Of a DNA stretch of 64,000 nucleotides, positions 26,330 through 40,696 are shown in pieces. Numbering within the stretch: position 1 is the stretch's first letter; the number at the start of each line of letters is the position of its first letter. Origin of the DNA: Octopus vulgaris (lineage: Eukaryota); NCBI GenBank assembly GCA_951406725.2, contig OX597814.1, positions 59,520,001-59,584,000 of the forward strand, in the 5' to 3' direction. The position numbers and the translations under genes are program-made. The notes below the pieces were generated by a model, which worked only from the letters and a program-made list of their open reading frames with translations, did not search any database and was not told the origin of the DNA.

Positions 26330-28620
26330 ATGTAAACGCATATCCTTCTCAGTGAGAGATATAATGAGGTTGTTGGTCCATGATAGACTGCTTTGATTAT
26401 CAATGATAATATCATCCCGGAGATTTCTCCAAAGATGTTCATGTATGGTCTTCCACTGGTATACACTTATTCTTTCATTGGATGATACGTTACGGTAAAG
26501 TCGTACGACTTCTTAGATGTATTCACGCCACGTTGCTCAGAGTGCTGTTATCTACTTTGCGTATGCAAGCTTCGACGCTTGCTAGTTAAAAGATGTTGCC
26601 GAAGAAATATATTACCTTTAAAGGCTATCTGTATCGATGATTCTAGCAATGCTGGTACCACAAAGTACCCACTGTCACTTTAGTGACTTCTATAAATTTG
26701 CAATTAGATTGTTAATTGCTAATAAACCACCCATATTATTTGTAGTTTTCACTTTTACCGTTTTGAAATCAGCGGTTGAGTACAACGGATTTCTTATAAG
26801 CTGACAAGGTGAGTTGAGTGGAACCCAAGGCTCGGTAAGGGCCACTAAAGGGAATCAAAATGCTCTGCATGAAAATTCGAAATCATCCTTGTCTGTCATT
26901 AAGAAACTGCTTCTGTGGCTATTGAGTTGCTTTCACGCTTATTTCTAGCAATAAGTACCGTCTAGTGACGTATATAAATTTGCCTTTAGGTTGTTAAATT
27001 GCTAATAAGCCACCTATATTATGTGTTTGTGTGTATCATTATTCAGTTTCATTTCAAGATTTCTTACCACAACATCAACTAGGTATTTTTCATGTTTGCG
27101 TGAACAAGGGCAGTGTGTACAGATTTTAAAGATTTTTTTTTATATTTGCATTCTCATACATATATTTGCATATCTAGACATGCTTGTTTATACGTTAATG
27201 GTAATCATACAGAAAAGGTTTACAAATTTTTAAGATTTCCAGTTATGGTTTGTACTGTAGACTTTTCAACTTGTCTTTCCTTTCTTGTTTTGACAAAACC
27301 GAATTTCTCAGGATTGGTACTTAAACAGTGAATAACATATTCTACAACCCCAATAATTACAGGTATAAAACCTGAACTTTTGCTCCGGGTAGAGTCGCTG
27401 TACATTTCTCAATAGGTCCGAGTAGGTGTTTTCTTTGTTGCTGATACTTAGCTTTACGTTAACATCTGCCGCGCAAGTGGGTTCCACTAGTATACACAGT
27501 TTTTCTACAGTATCTCAAATCTGTATGTCTGGTCTTTCATGTTTACGTTTTATTAAGGTTTTAACATTCCACTAGTACTCCTTCTTATTATGAGTGGTTT
27601 TAGCCTCTACCATAATATGAGATGTTAATATTTTGGCCATAGGATTACTCTTCCGACGGATTTCATTATAAAATGTCTTAGCTGCAGCATCATGTCTCAT
27701 CTGTAGATATTACCGCGATGATACTTTTAGACAACTGTTTATGATGTGAAGTAAATCTTAGGTGCTAACTCCACAAAGTTTGCATTGGTGTTTTTCTGAC
27801 TCATTTTGCATCAGATATTAGGTTGATATTTCCTCACCCTGTATTGCAAACGCATACCCGTCAAAGTGAGATTTATAAACAGGTTGTTGGTCCAGGATAG
27901 ACTGATTTGATTATCAATGTTACTATCATTCCGGAGCTTTCTCCAATGATATTTATGTATTGTCTTCCACTGATATATACCCGTTCTTTCATTTGAAGTT
28001 ATGTTATGAGAAAGTCGTGCGGTTTCTTAGGAGATGTATTCATGGTTATAAGACAAGGAATATTGCTCGAGGGACTACCTTCCAAGATTCATGTTAAATA
28101 CTTCGTGTATGCAAGCTTCGACGCTTGCTGGTTACAGGATGTTGCCGAAGTGATAGATCACCTTCAAAGGCTGCTTGTATCGAGGTTAAGGCTCTGCCTC
28201 ATTCTTTTCTCATAAGTATACATCGCTATTGATGGGGAAATTATTAGTGTTGTCCAGTACCTTACAGGTTTTCACATTAATGGCTTGTATCTTATCAATT
28301 GTCCAATCAAGTAGACCAAATTTTGATATGTGTATTGGTACTGCAAAAACATTGTGGGCAACTGTTTTATTGAATTTAAAGAGTTCCGAGATGTGTGTTT
28401 TCCTTATCTGACTGTAATATTCTTTAGTGACGCGTGCCTTGATACAAGCACCATTGTAATATATGTTTTCATCGATACCTATGTACATGTATCAATCCTC
28501 ATTAGATATAAGGGAACAGTCAAGTCATTGATGGAGATGCTGCTAGTCTGGTTTATGGTTCTAAATATTTTCACAAACATATATCAACTTATATCCTAAC
28601 CAAACTCCGAACTTATATCC
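26330..28620 (-). mobile_element. Fragmented, decayed R4/Dong-like element(s)
   Basis: ORF 28210-28488 (YIGIDEN..RVTKEYY..SEL..NKTVAHNVFAVP..FGLLDWT..KTCKVL) parallels the post-RT region of the 18-kb ORF. 26330-26640 duplicates ~27840-28180. Confidence 0.78.
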
Positions 28621-29838
28621 TTTGAGAATGTTATAACCAGATCAAGGCTCTTTTCCATTCCATGCGTACCCTTGGCATACATTTCAAGTGAAACATAAAG
28701 AAGCTGTGTGTAATTTTGGTATTTCTGTTACCTTGTGAACCAGTGAGATACCCTTCATCTTTCCTCAACACTATTGAAAAGGAATTTACAGAATGTATGT
28801 ATATATGTATGTATCCATGACTGTATGTAACCATGCACCTACGTAAATGCACATATGCATGTATATAGATGATAATCTGTATGTAGTAATTTGCACGCAT
28901 ATGTATATATGAATTTAAAACGTTTCTATAAAGATATTTGTCTAAAAGAAAAAAATCTCAACAAACTATATTCGAACCCTTAGGTCGTCTTTTCAGTATT
29001 TGCTATACTCCAAGATATGTGTATTAAAGCACGTTATATGTGTACTAATTTCCTTATTTAGAAATATTTTACAATGGACTAATGTTGATTTCAATAAGAA
29101 ACGATGTGAATTTCGAGGTCTGTTTATATTTTTCTCTATTAATGTGTTAACTTAAGTCTCTACTAAATGTATTTGAATCTTTTTGGTATTCGTTTAGTGT
29201 AACTAATTGATATGAATTGAAATGGTCTTCTGTTAATTGCACACAAACTTGATTAATCCTCTGAGAACACACACCGATATGTACTTCAAAGGAAGGTGTT
29301 TTAACTAAGCTGCTCATATTTCATTTAATACACGAAAGATGACATTCAAATATTCCTGTCATTCATGTGATGCACATGAGAAATGCGTGAATCTCTTCCA
29401 CGTAAACTGTTATGTTCATAAGGGACTTTATTCATAGATTGTATAACCAAATCGTTGAAATCTAGGTTATATGTAAATGTTTAATGACTTCTGCATTTTA
29501 AATGATAGAGAAAAATTACCGAATTGATAAAAATCAGTAATCAAGTTAGTGTGGAATCACAGTTACTGCAGATAATCGTCAAGACAAGTGTTATAAATGA
29601 AGGAAATTATAGATAAATTATAATCAAGAGTAAGGTTTCATTCATACCTTGCGGATTCACTGGAATGCATTTTCTATAATCATATTACTGATTATTTCAC
29701 AGAAACATAGCATATTTTTTCTACATTTTTATTTCGTTGAAAATACACTTCAGCTATATTTACATATCTCTACGTACAATTCTCAGTCAGTATACACGTG
29801 AAGTAACACCCACACGCAAATGAAACATGTCTACGCAA

Positions 29839-30245
29839 TCTATATATATATAAAACTAAGAATGTGTGGGGGTTGTGTGTGTGTGTGTGTGTGTGTCTAT
29901 GTGTATGTGTGTATAAACCTTCAGAACTTCTAAAGTTCGCAACTTACGAGTATTTCCTCCAAACTGAGAACATACATTACTTATGTTACAGATATGGTCT
30001 TACACTCTACCAATTTTTGATATAATGAATAATGAAGCCCCTGGGAGTATAAAAACCCCTTCCCTATGGTGGGTACGTACGACTGCCCGCATGGTCCACG
30101 CATTGCTTCTGTTCAAACTTGAAAAAGCAACTACTGAAATTATATAAGTATTAAATGGATGAACCAATGTAGACTTCAAATCGCGTTGTCTAAGGGGTAG
30201 CAATAATAGCCTGCTCCCGCAATAGCATAGGTAGCAATTAGCTGG
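29839..30245 (+). mobile_element. Probable non-autonomous Helitron
   Basis: Begins A|TCTATATATATAAAACT followed by (TG)n. The 3' terminus is degenerate. Confidence 0.4.
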
Positions 30246-30424
30246 AATAAAAGCCGTTTGGAACGCTCTATGCTTATTATGAAAATATGCTAACGTAAGT
30301 TAAATCCTATTTTCTCTTCACTTCATTATCAATGTCTTCCTTATAAGCATAGACAAAGCCAATAGAAATATTCTTCACCTACTGATTACAAACCGAAATA
30401 TCGCATGTATATTAATCTTTTAAT

Positions 30425-30615
30425 TTGGAAGCACTCCGTCGGTTACGACGACGAGGGTTCCGGTTGATCCGATCAACAGAACAGCCTGCTCGTGAAATTA
30501 ACGTGTAAGTGGCTGAGCACTCCACAGACACGTGTACCCTTACAGTTCTCGGGGATATTCAGCGTGACACAGAGAGTGACAAGGCCGGCCCTTTGAAACA
30601 CAGGTACAACAGAAT
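30425..30615. mobile_element. GC-richer interspersed repeat (SINE-like fragment)
   Basis: Abrupt composition shift. gaagcactccgtcggttacgacgacgagggttcc... resembles a common octopus repeat (from recall only). Confidence 0.45.
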
Positions 30616-33304
30616 CTTTTAATTTATGGTGTCTAAGACCCAACAACGTTAGTTAGAGACGGTGTCCTTTTTGTGACCTTGCGAGCTTGGATGCAGAATT
30701 GTTTCCATTTGGGATTTGAGTTGTTTTCACAATGATCGCATGCTGTTTATGTGAAGGTGTTCACGGTTGAGCCACGACTATTGATTCCCAACAACGCCAG
30801 CTGCCCAATTTCACGGGATCTCACCACGTTTGTTAGGGTTCATGTCCTTAATATGACCTTGCGTACCCCGACGCTGCATGCAGAATTACTTTCGTTTGGG
30901 AGCTGACTTGTCCTCACAATAATCATCGCACGCTGTGTACGCGAAGGGGTACACAGTTGAACCACGACTATTGGTTCCCAACAGAAATATCGCATGACTG
31001 TGTTGTTTTCAAGCGCTTCTTTGCCAATCCTACCCACCTTTAAACGTCATTACTTTCATGTAGGTTTCTCTCATGTGGTACTGTTCAGCGCGTCCGCAGG
31101 CTTCATCTATAACGTATATGTACTTCCTATGAGTGTTGACTGTTGAGCGCGGTAGCAGCAGCGCCGACATCCGCAAAGGAGAGTATATCCACTGAGAGCT
31201 TTTTGGTGCATTCAAACATCACATTCCTATCACTCACTTTTCCTTGACAAGATTAGGGCTTGAAATCTTCCAGACAGATGCATGACACTTAGTCGAATTA
31301 GCCGATCATTTACTCCAGAAATACTCTGTTGTAAATGCTGCGCTTCCCTGTATCTTATGCTTCAACTTAATACCATATATGCAAACTATGCCATTTAAAT
31401 CCCGAGCAACGCTGAGTATGATAGTTTTATATAAATCTGCGCGTGTGTGTGTGTTTGTGTGTCTCGCTGTGTGTGCCTGCGCGCTTGTGCTCGTGCGTGT
31501 GTCTGTGTGTGCGTGTGGTGTGAACATGTGCGTGCGTGGATACGTATGTATTAATGTATGCATATAAAGGGCGAGAGAGAGAGGAGGAGGAGATTATTGG
31601 CAGAGAGATAAACACACATACATATCTATATGGATTTCTCTCTCCATATGCCTATATGTACAAATACATATATTCATATGTAAATACAGACACAGATATG
31701 AATACATGTCTGTATGTATGTGTGCGTGTGCATATGTATATATTACAGTCTTGCATACTTATATGCATAAAAACATATATGTATATAATTTAGTAAATTT
31801 ACATTAACAGCACATCACTGGACAATTTTTAGAGTTATTTACCTTATCAGATGTGTCTTTCCCTTGATAAGAAACTGGGAGGTATCCAATAACTTTCTGG
31901 TCTTGCTGGATTATTATAACTGTATATTCAAGATAAGAAGCATCCTAAGTAATTTCAGCGTCCCATAAAAGACGATCTAAACGCCTTGTTTACATCAGTT
32001 TTAACTGCGGATTTTTAGTAAAATGTTTGTTGCCTAAATTATATTTCAAGTTCAACTATAACACAGTGTTAAATACAATTGTTGAATTAGTACATTCAAC
32101 TTGTTTGATCATGTTCTGTTAAGTGAATTAGATTAAGTTGCGTTTCTAATTTCATCATGCATTTAATAGCTTGTAATTTATAGGTTCGTCCATAGAAAGA
32201 GGTTGTGTACTTCATCATACCTGCAAATATAACGAATACAAACATTAATCAGAAAACTCGAATTTCAATTTTTCACTGCTAGAATAAAATAAGTTTGCTT
32301 ATGAAGCTATTCCTAACGTTATATTTCATTTTACTCAAAACACTTTGTATTGTTCAGTAAGTTTATTAAATGATATTTATTTTCACCGCCGGCACTTCTA
32401 TGCAATGCACCCAATGAATTTACTTGCATGTTATTTTCTATACAATTGTATTTATATTCTATACAACATTATTAAGTATGAGCTTCTTCTTTCTACATGG
32501 ACAGAAGCTAAGTATGTTTCTCCAATAACATTCTAAAAAAAGTGCTAAAATTTGATGAGGTAGATCTTGTTTCAGTTGTCCTATATGGGACAAAAAAATT
32601 GCTTGTGACTTTCATTTCATGAAGCAGCCGAAAGTGCGTCTGATAATTATATATACATAACCTCATCTAATAGCCAATGTCAAAAGAATTTAATTTTCGA
32701 TTTATTTCCGTGTTGGAAGGTACAATTGCTTTCTAGAAACAGGAAAGCAAACCGTACTGAAGACGATATTTCTCTGCACTTATTGAACGATGGCTAAGTT
32801 AACCACAGACATTTCATCTTACTTCGCTAAACAACGATAATATATATTTCAGAATTATTTTATATTGATTCTTACTGATATTGATAGTTAGCATTCAGTA
32901 AATACTATTGATCCTGCAAGCAACGTTAAAATATTTCATAACAGTCGTTACATTTGTCTAGAATTACTGCTCAAATAAGCAGAACTGTCTTCTACACAAC
33001 CTACCCAATGATGAAGACCTGATATACTATTTTTTTTTTTAGTATTATAATGCAGCGTCTTCTATATTCATATGTGGAAACAAACGCATTATGTGGAAAT
33101 GAATACGTTAGTTGCATACTATGTACAAATAAGTTATTTCATCCTGTATTCGCATATATGCACACTTGTTAGTTCTATATCTTCCATATGATACCAATAA
33201 ATCGATGAAATACTTCAGGAGAGAATTGTAGATATTTAAAATATACACCAGCTCATACGTATGTACATGTACACATACACACGTACATGCATACATACAT
33301 GTGT

Positions 33305-33386
<82 letters not shown>

Positions 33387-33432
33387 GCGTGCGTGCGTGC
33401 GTGTGTGCGTATGAAATATGCATACATATATA

Positions 33433-33620
33433 CGACAGGTTGCTGAGAAGTTCCTGGCTTTCAGCAAAAGAAAATACGGAAAGATAAGTTAATTATAACT
33501 TTATTCAACATGGTCTCCTCTCAGTTTCACACGCTTATTACAGCAGCCCGTCAGCTTTTCTAAGCCTTGTATAAGAACTCGGAAGTTTGGTCCTCCAACC
33601 AGGCCTTTCTCAACACCCTA
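33433..33620 (+). mobile_element. Mariner-type left end relic
   Basis: TA|cgacaggttgctgagaagttcctggc resembles a mariner terminal inverted repeat. Confidence 0.45.
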
Positions 33621-33689
33621 AATGTGAGAATCTTTTCAGCTCTTCCCACTCATACATATACATACACTCACCCAGCCCTCATAGGTAGG

Positions 33690-33773
<84 letters not shown>

Positions 33774-35125
33774 GCGAGATAAATGAATGTTATAATACAT
33801 ATATCGTTTCAAGATGGATCGTGTAATATGAATGTAGTTGTGCATATGCCTAATAATACATCTTAGCAAAATCTATAGCCTAGAATATCAGTTCAACGGA
33901 TGCTTGCCCTTCTCGTTGTGCGAATTTTCTTCGGCTAATTCTTTCGCGTTCTCTCCATCATCGTGAAAATCTTCATTATATTCCTAGTAAATACAGCTGC
34001 ATGAGATACTAGTTTTTTACCTGAAAATGTTATTCATGTAATCTACCACGTAAGATACATAAATCTATGGGAGGTTTTAAATTAGTACTTATCGAAAACA
34101 CTTATGAGCAAATACATTCCATCCGTGACAATCGAGACTTTTCTAACTAGGTTATCAGATGCCTGATTCTCTATGGTATTAGTTCGCTATTTGCCGGAAA
34201 TTTGGTTATTACTGTGTAGCAGGGTAAGCCACCGCATATAGATTCTTTCGTTGTTTCGTTAAACCTATATTAGAGTGCATTGTAAAAGAATATGGAGAAT
34301 TGTACAACTATTCATATTTTACAGTTACATACAGCATATATACAGATAAGAACAAAGCTGTATAATTTAAATAAATTATACACATGGAGATCGTTATAAA
34401 GTTAGTATATTTACATATACATAGCTGTAGAAATATTCATGATGTCCGAGAGATAATTTATTTTGCAGAGCAACTAAATGAGATTCATTGTGTCTACATA
34501 TATGACGTTTATATTTATAAGACCAATTATTTAGCAATGGAGAATCACATCTGTCTATTCAGTGATAGTTTCGGAGGAAATATGTTCTACTATAAAGGAT
34601 GTCAATATATATGCTGCACATGAATATAAAATAAAAATAGTGTATGTACAAGTCTCCATACTCTTTATTATTATTATTAATATTATTATACACTCTAATA
34701 ACCTTTACAGTGCTGAGTAGGACACACGAAATTACCCAGAGGAGAATTTACCGATGACTAACAGCCCATTGTAAGCACCGGCATTAGATACTGACCATTT
34801 TCTTCAGTCGGCATCTGGAACCAACAAACAGCTAACACGCTAATCCGCTTGAATATTATATACATAAGAAGAGAAAATGGAGATTAGGAAGTTAATAATT
34901 GCGTATTTTTAACGGCAAATTTGTTAGTAATAAACAATTATTAACTTCTTAATCTCCATCTTCTTTTCTTCTTTTAAATGAATATAAACTATGTTTTTAT
35001 ATATACCTACTATTTTAAGGAAATTCATTCCTTAAAAATACTAGGTATTGAATCAATGTTTTATTGGAAGAAACTATCCCTTCATGCGGTTTCCAGATCC
35101 TCTAATTAAATTATATATATATATA

Positions 35126-35248
35126 CGAGGGATGTCTGAAAAGTCTTGACCCTCAAAACAACAAAACATGATACAAGACTTCTGTTGAAGGTAGAATACT
35201 TCAAGGCATAGAGTCCTTGAAGGCTCAACACTTTTCATACAACACTCG
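35126..35248. mobile_element. Mariner-derived MITE (~123 bp)
   Basis: Imperfect TIRs cgagggatgtctgaaaagt / acttttcatacaacactcg, flanked by TA. Confidence 0.7.
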
Positions 35249-35500
<252 letters not shown>

Positions 35501-36744
35501 GTGAGAAAGAGAGAGAGAGGAGCATTTTAATAATACAAGGCAATATATATTACTAACATCTTTTATAGTACAGTATATTATCTCCGATAACTATCACTGG
35601 ATACACAGTTGCGGTTCCCCATTGCTAGATAATTGGTTTATAAATGTAAACGTGATATATTTAAACACAATGAAACTCCTTTAGTTGCTCCGCAAAATAA
35701 ATTATATATCGGACATTATGAATATTTCTACGGTTAAGTATATGTAAATGTACTAACTTTATAACGAGCTCTATGAGTATAATTTACATGAATTATAGTG
35801 CTTTGTTCGCATTTATATAAATATTCTACTATGGTTCATACTTTAATGTAACCAAATAACTATTGGTAATATAGAAAATATCTGAACACAACTAATGTTC
35901 ATGTTTGCATATCACTAAACTAAAGCTGTCAGACTAGATGTTATAGATACCATGCTGATGTTCCTTCTAACTAGTAATCTGAGTCAAACGAATCTCGTTT
36001 TTCTCTACGTAGAAAGTTGCATAACTTTTAAATGGACGTTAGCAACATGTACCGACGACAGTGTTTCTCTGACTTTAATGAACTTTGGCTAACTTAACCA
36101 CAGCCATTTCATCGTCTTTGACTAAACAATAGATAATTTATACTTCAGGAAGAATTTAACTTGATTCATTGTGGTGTAACTTGTGCGTAGTCACTGAATA
36201 TTATTGATCAAGCGAGCAATGTTAAAATATTTCATAATAGATGTTATATTTGATTCGATTTGTAGCTCAAACAAACAAATTATCTTCTATTGACACAGGC
36301 CTGTGATAGTTTTTAAGAGAAAATTTTTCATACATTAGTTACAAGAACGAAAATAATTTTCTGGAGATGAATATTATTTTTAAAAGCTATGTACAAAGAA
36401 TATATTGCACCGAGAATTCACTTAGACATTTTAGTTGTCATTCCTTCATATGATGTAAATAGAGTAGAATTCTCAGGAGAAAATTAGTTGAACAACATGT
36501 TTAATCAATTTATATTCCGCAATTAACAATTACATAAATAATTGTACTTTTAATTATATATCATAGAATTTAGCAATTAGTAGATGAAATTCTGGGAAAC
36601 ACTTTTGCAGTAATGCCAACGAGGGCAACTCAGATTAAAAAATTGCAGCCTTTAGTCTCGAACGGATATAAACATATACATGGGTGTGTGTGAGAGAGAG
36701 AGAGAGAGAAACAGAGAGAATGAGCTTTCATACGAGTAAAAATT

Positions 36745-36797
<53 letters not shown>

Positions 36798-37598
36798 GTT
36801 TTGGATTTGGTTTGCAAGATACTTTATGTGAGTTCGTGTGCTGAAGTATATTTTGTTGTGTCTGGAGAGAGTCATTTTCTTTTAGTACCTTACTATTTAA
36901 CACACTCACCGGTAAAGCTTCCACTCATTTACTTATGTATTTTTCGTAAAATTTTCGTTGAGTCTAGCAACCTTTTCAGTGTGTTTGCGGGGGGCAGTGT
37001 GTGTGTGTGCATGCACATGTATGTATGTATACATTCATACATACACGGTTCTTTTGGTCAAATTATCGTATCTCCAGCTGCTTCAGGTGCCAAGGTATCA
37101 AAGATTGTCAAAGCGGAGTACAACGGTTTTACTATAGAATGGCGAAACTAATTTTTCGTTTTCTGATAAAACAACGTTTTGGATTTACGATACTTTTGCA
37201 TATTAACAACGATATATGCTGAGTGAATTAAACTATCTATTTGGAGATGAACTCGCTAATCGATACTGTATTATAAAGTATAATAATGAATGAACTTGAG
37301 CTGAATAAACCGAATACTAATCATATAACAGAATCAAGTTAATCTTACACTCCCTTCCAAACAGAGTTATGATACTGTTAGAGCCCGAAACTGAAGTATC
37401 CTCTCTCTTAGTATAAATCTCGTTTGTGGCGATTTTGCATTTAAGCGTAGTGGAATCTATAAAATTACTATATTTGGATTTAGTGAAATTCATCCATCGA
37501 TTTATGAAAAATTCATAAAACTTTCTTGTAAAACAAAAATATGAATGTTCAATATGTTGCCCTTGCATTTAGTACTTAAGACTGCTTCAGTTCTTTCA

Positions 37599-37611
37599 AG
37601 TAGTAGTAGTT

Positions 37612-37657
<46 letters not shown>

Positions 37658-37682
37658 CAGCAGCAGCAGCAGCAGCAGTAGC

Positions 37683-37735
<53 letters not shown>

Positions 37736-37820
37736 CAGCAGCAGCACTAGCAACAGTAGCAGCAGCAGCAGCAGTAGTAGTAGTGGTAGTGGTGGTAGTA
37801 GTAGTATTAGTAGTTGTAGT
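37599..37820. repeat. (TAG)n/(CAG)n microsatellite
   Basis: Direct reading. Confidence 0.96.
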
Positions 37821-39467
37821 TTAGCTCTGAAAGGACGTGATTGAGTATAGCAATCAGCATCGATATTCCGGCCATTTACCCTACTCAACTCGTTAGGGTT
37901 ATCCAAAGCTTCGTCATATAATGCATCATTACATTTTTGGAAGGCGGTTGAAAGTAATTTAAAACAGATTTTATCTCATTGATCAAGCAGCTATAATTTG
38001 TTAAATAGTATCATCATTCGTCAATTTTAAAACTGCTCGCCAAAGTACTGTCAGCCGTTACGTAATGCAGGCAGAAGTTTCTCACGCGGCAATTATACAT
38101 AGCAGGCACTACTATGCAACGAAAAAGTCGTAGGAATAATTTCTTCTTTTTACAGTCTTTCTGCTATGTAAGTTTTATCGTTTCACTTAGTCTTGCATCA
38201 TTTACTAGTTTGAAATTCTGAATTAAATTGACAAAAGGAGATTAAGATACATTTGCTTCATTTGTACTACATACCTATTATGGGTATGCATATGTGGTTT
38301 ATATTCATTTGTTTTTGCCGTTTCTAAATTCACTTTCTTTTTTCATATACTTATGCTGTTCAAATATTAAACTGAAATTTAAAATATTTTTTGCTTTAAA
38401 ATTTTTCACTTTTACATGGAAACTAATTCATACTTTTGGTGATTAGCTGTACTCTATTAAATGTCTGGTATTTGGTTTATTGACCTGCAAATTCATATAA
38501 TATAAAGCTGTTCCCTAAAAAATTTCAACCTGCAGAAACTCAATTAAAAGAACTCACGTTTCAACTAACGCAATTGTATAAAATATTGCAATGTAAGAAA
38601 TACATAGCCTGAAATTTCACACTGAAATTTATGACTGATTTATGCTCTCCCGACTTAACAAATAAAATTTATTAAGTTTTCTTACATTAACATCTTTTAT
38701 ACATATTATTTCACTCAATGTTCATAGAATTCGTACAGATTCAGGTATTCTGTACGTGCTTTCTTTGAGAATGACCTACCGTTTAGTATGGAAATTAGTT
38801 ACATACCTGCACATAACATGTTCGAGTAACAGTATTTATTTTATGTGAAGTTATATTTATTAATGCACAACATGCATTGTCATATATTTACAGTTATAGC
38901 TGAGTTCAGCAGAAAAATTAGAAGTTTGTGTGAGTTTACAGATTCTCTATACTTCCATTACAGCAACTGTATCACACACACGCACGCACACACACACACA
39001 CACACACACAAATAAATAGTGTAGATATATATATATATATATATATATATAGTGTAGAAGTCAAATTTAGGCAAACCAAATTATCATATATTTTTATATA
39101 TTACGTTTTTTAAATTCTGAAATCAAAATGTACATTTTAAATGATGATATCGAACTCACTTAAATTCTTTCACTAAGATAATAGACAAATTCTCAACATC
39201 ATTAGCCACACATGTACATGATCTTAAATCACAATACTTACAGTATACACTGACTTGGTTATAATAAAAGTATCTCCCCCTTACAATACAAAGATAAGCA
39301 AATGCTAGCTATATTTAAATTAGCTATTAATTATTCTCTGTCTACACAACTTCTCGATATTGAATAAGCTCTCCGACGCTGTCTACTCTTGCAAATATAG
39401 ATTTTAATCAACATTTGCACATTACAATTCTGGACAGAATCGAGAAGCAGCCACCACACCAATGAAG

Positions 39468-39948
39468 CCGCCTCCAACCACTCAAAAACACTTCCACTGT
39501 CTGGTCTTTTGCATTCTATAATTACTCAGTATATCATTTCGGGGTCGATAAACAAAGTACTAGTTACGCACTGGGGTCGATGTAATCGACTTAATCCCTT
39601 TTTTCTGTCCTTGTTTGTCCCCTCTTTTTTTAGCCCCTTGTGGGCAATAAGGAAACTTTTTCTGAAAAATAAATCATTCCTCTCTCCTAACCATCTACCT
39701 ATAGAGCCACCAGAAGCTTTAACTTATTATATATTGTATCTCCGCCTCCAACCACTCAAAGATACTTCCACTCCCTGGTCTTTTGCATTCTATAATTACT
39801 CAGTATATCATTTCGGGGTCGATAAATAAAGTACTAGTTACGCACTGGGGTCGATCTAATCGACTTAATCCCTTTTTTCTGTCCTTGTTTGTCCCCTCTA
39901 TGTTTAGCCCCTTGTGGGCAATAAGGAAAAAAACATATAATTACTCAG
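39468..39948 (+). repeat. Local ~185-bp duplication containing a 5'-truncated SINE
   Basis: 39468-39655 recurs at 39742-39929. tataattactcagt flanks the second SINE piece on both sides, like a TSD. Confidence 0.85.
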
Positions 39949-40004
39949 TGGGTAATTCCCATTAGAAAAATGCAGTACATGTGAGTGTTTTTAGAAATTT
40001 ATTT

Positions 40005-40090
40005 TCCCTGATGAAGTAGGTGGCGACTAAAATGGCTGTAAATATCTTTTTTATGACTGAAAAACCGAACCCCCGGAAACGGCCGTAGGA
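40005..40090 (+). ncRNA. Hammerhead-like motif with long, decayed stem II
   Basis: tcc CTGATGAA g...ccg GAAA C GGCC G TA gga. Stem III (ACGGCCGT) is palindromic. Confidence 0.6.
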
Positions 40091-40468
40091 TTATTAACAG
40101 GGTTAGTAACACTCAACGTTTTTATCTTATAGAGTATTAACTCTTTTTATCACATCGTTTTATAATCTGTAAGTCGACTTATGTATGTATATATTTTCTT
40201 CAATATATTTTTAATTTATACATCTTTGTATTTATATATTTTAATGTATTGATTACTCTATATATTTTTAATATGTTTGCTGTATTGAATACCTATTTGG
40301 AGAAATTCGTGCATTTTGTCTCGAGGGCTGAATAAATGTAAATATATATGTGAAATTGATTTGCTTAAATTTAATTCTTATTTCTACATTATTCCATTAT
40401 TCTAACGCTTCACGTTTGAATATGTGAAACACTTCAAAGTAAAGACTATGCACTGGAGAAAATCTTTT

Positions 40469-40514
<46 letters not shown>

Positions 40515-40572
40515 TTGATATAGATATTCATGCACATAAGCATATACATATATAAATATTATATATATATAC

Positions 40573-40696
<124 letters not shown>

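Noticed and set aside
32178-32223. Possible minus-strand terminal exon (ttgcag|G YDEVHNLFLWTNL*)
   Set aside because: Only a splice-like motif and 13 codons, with no recognisable protein or partner exons.
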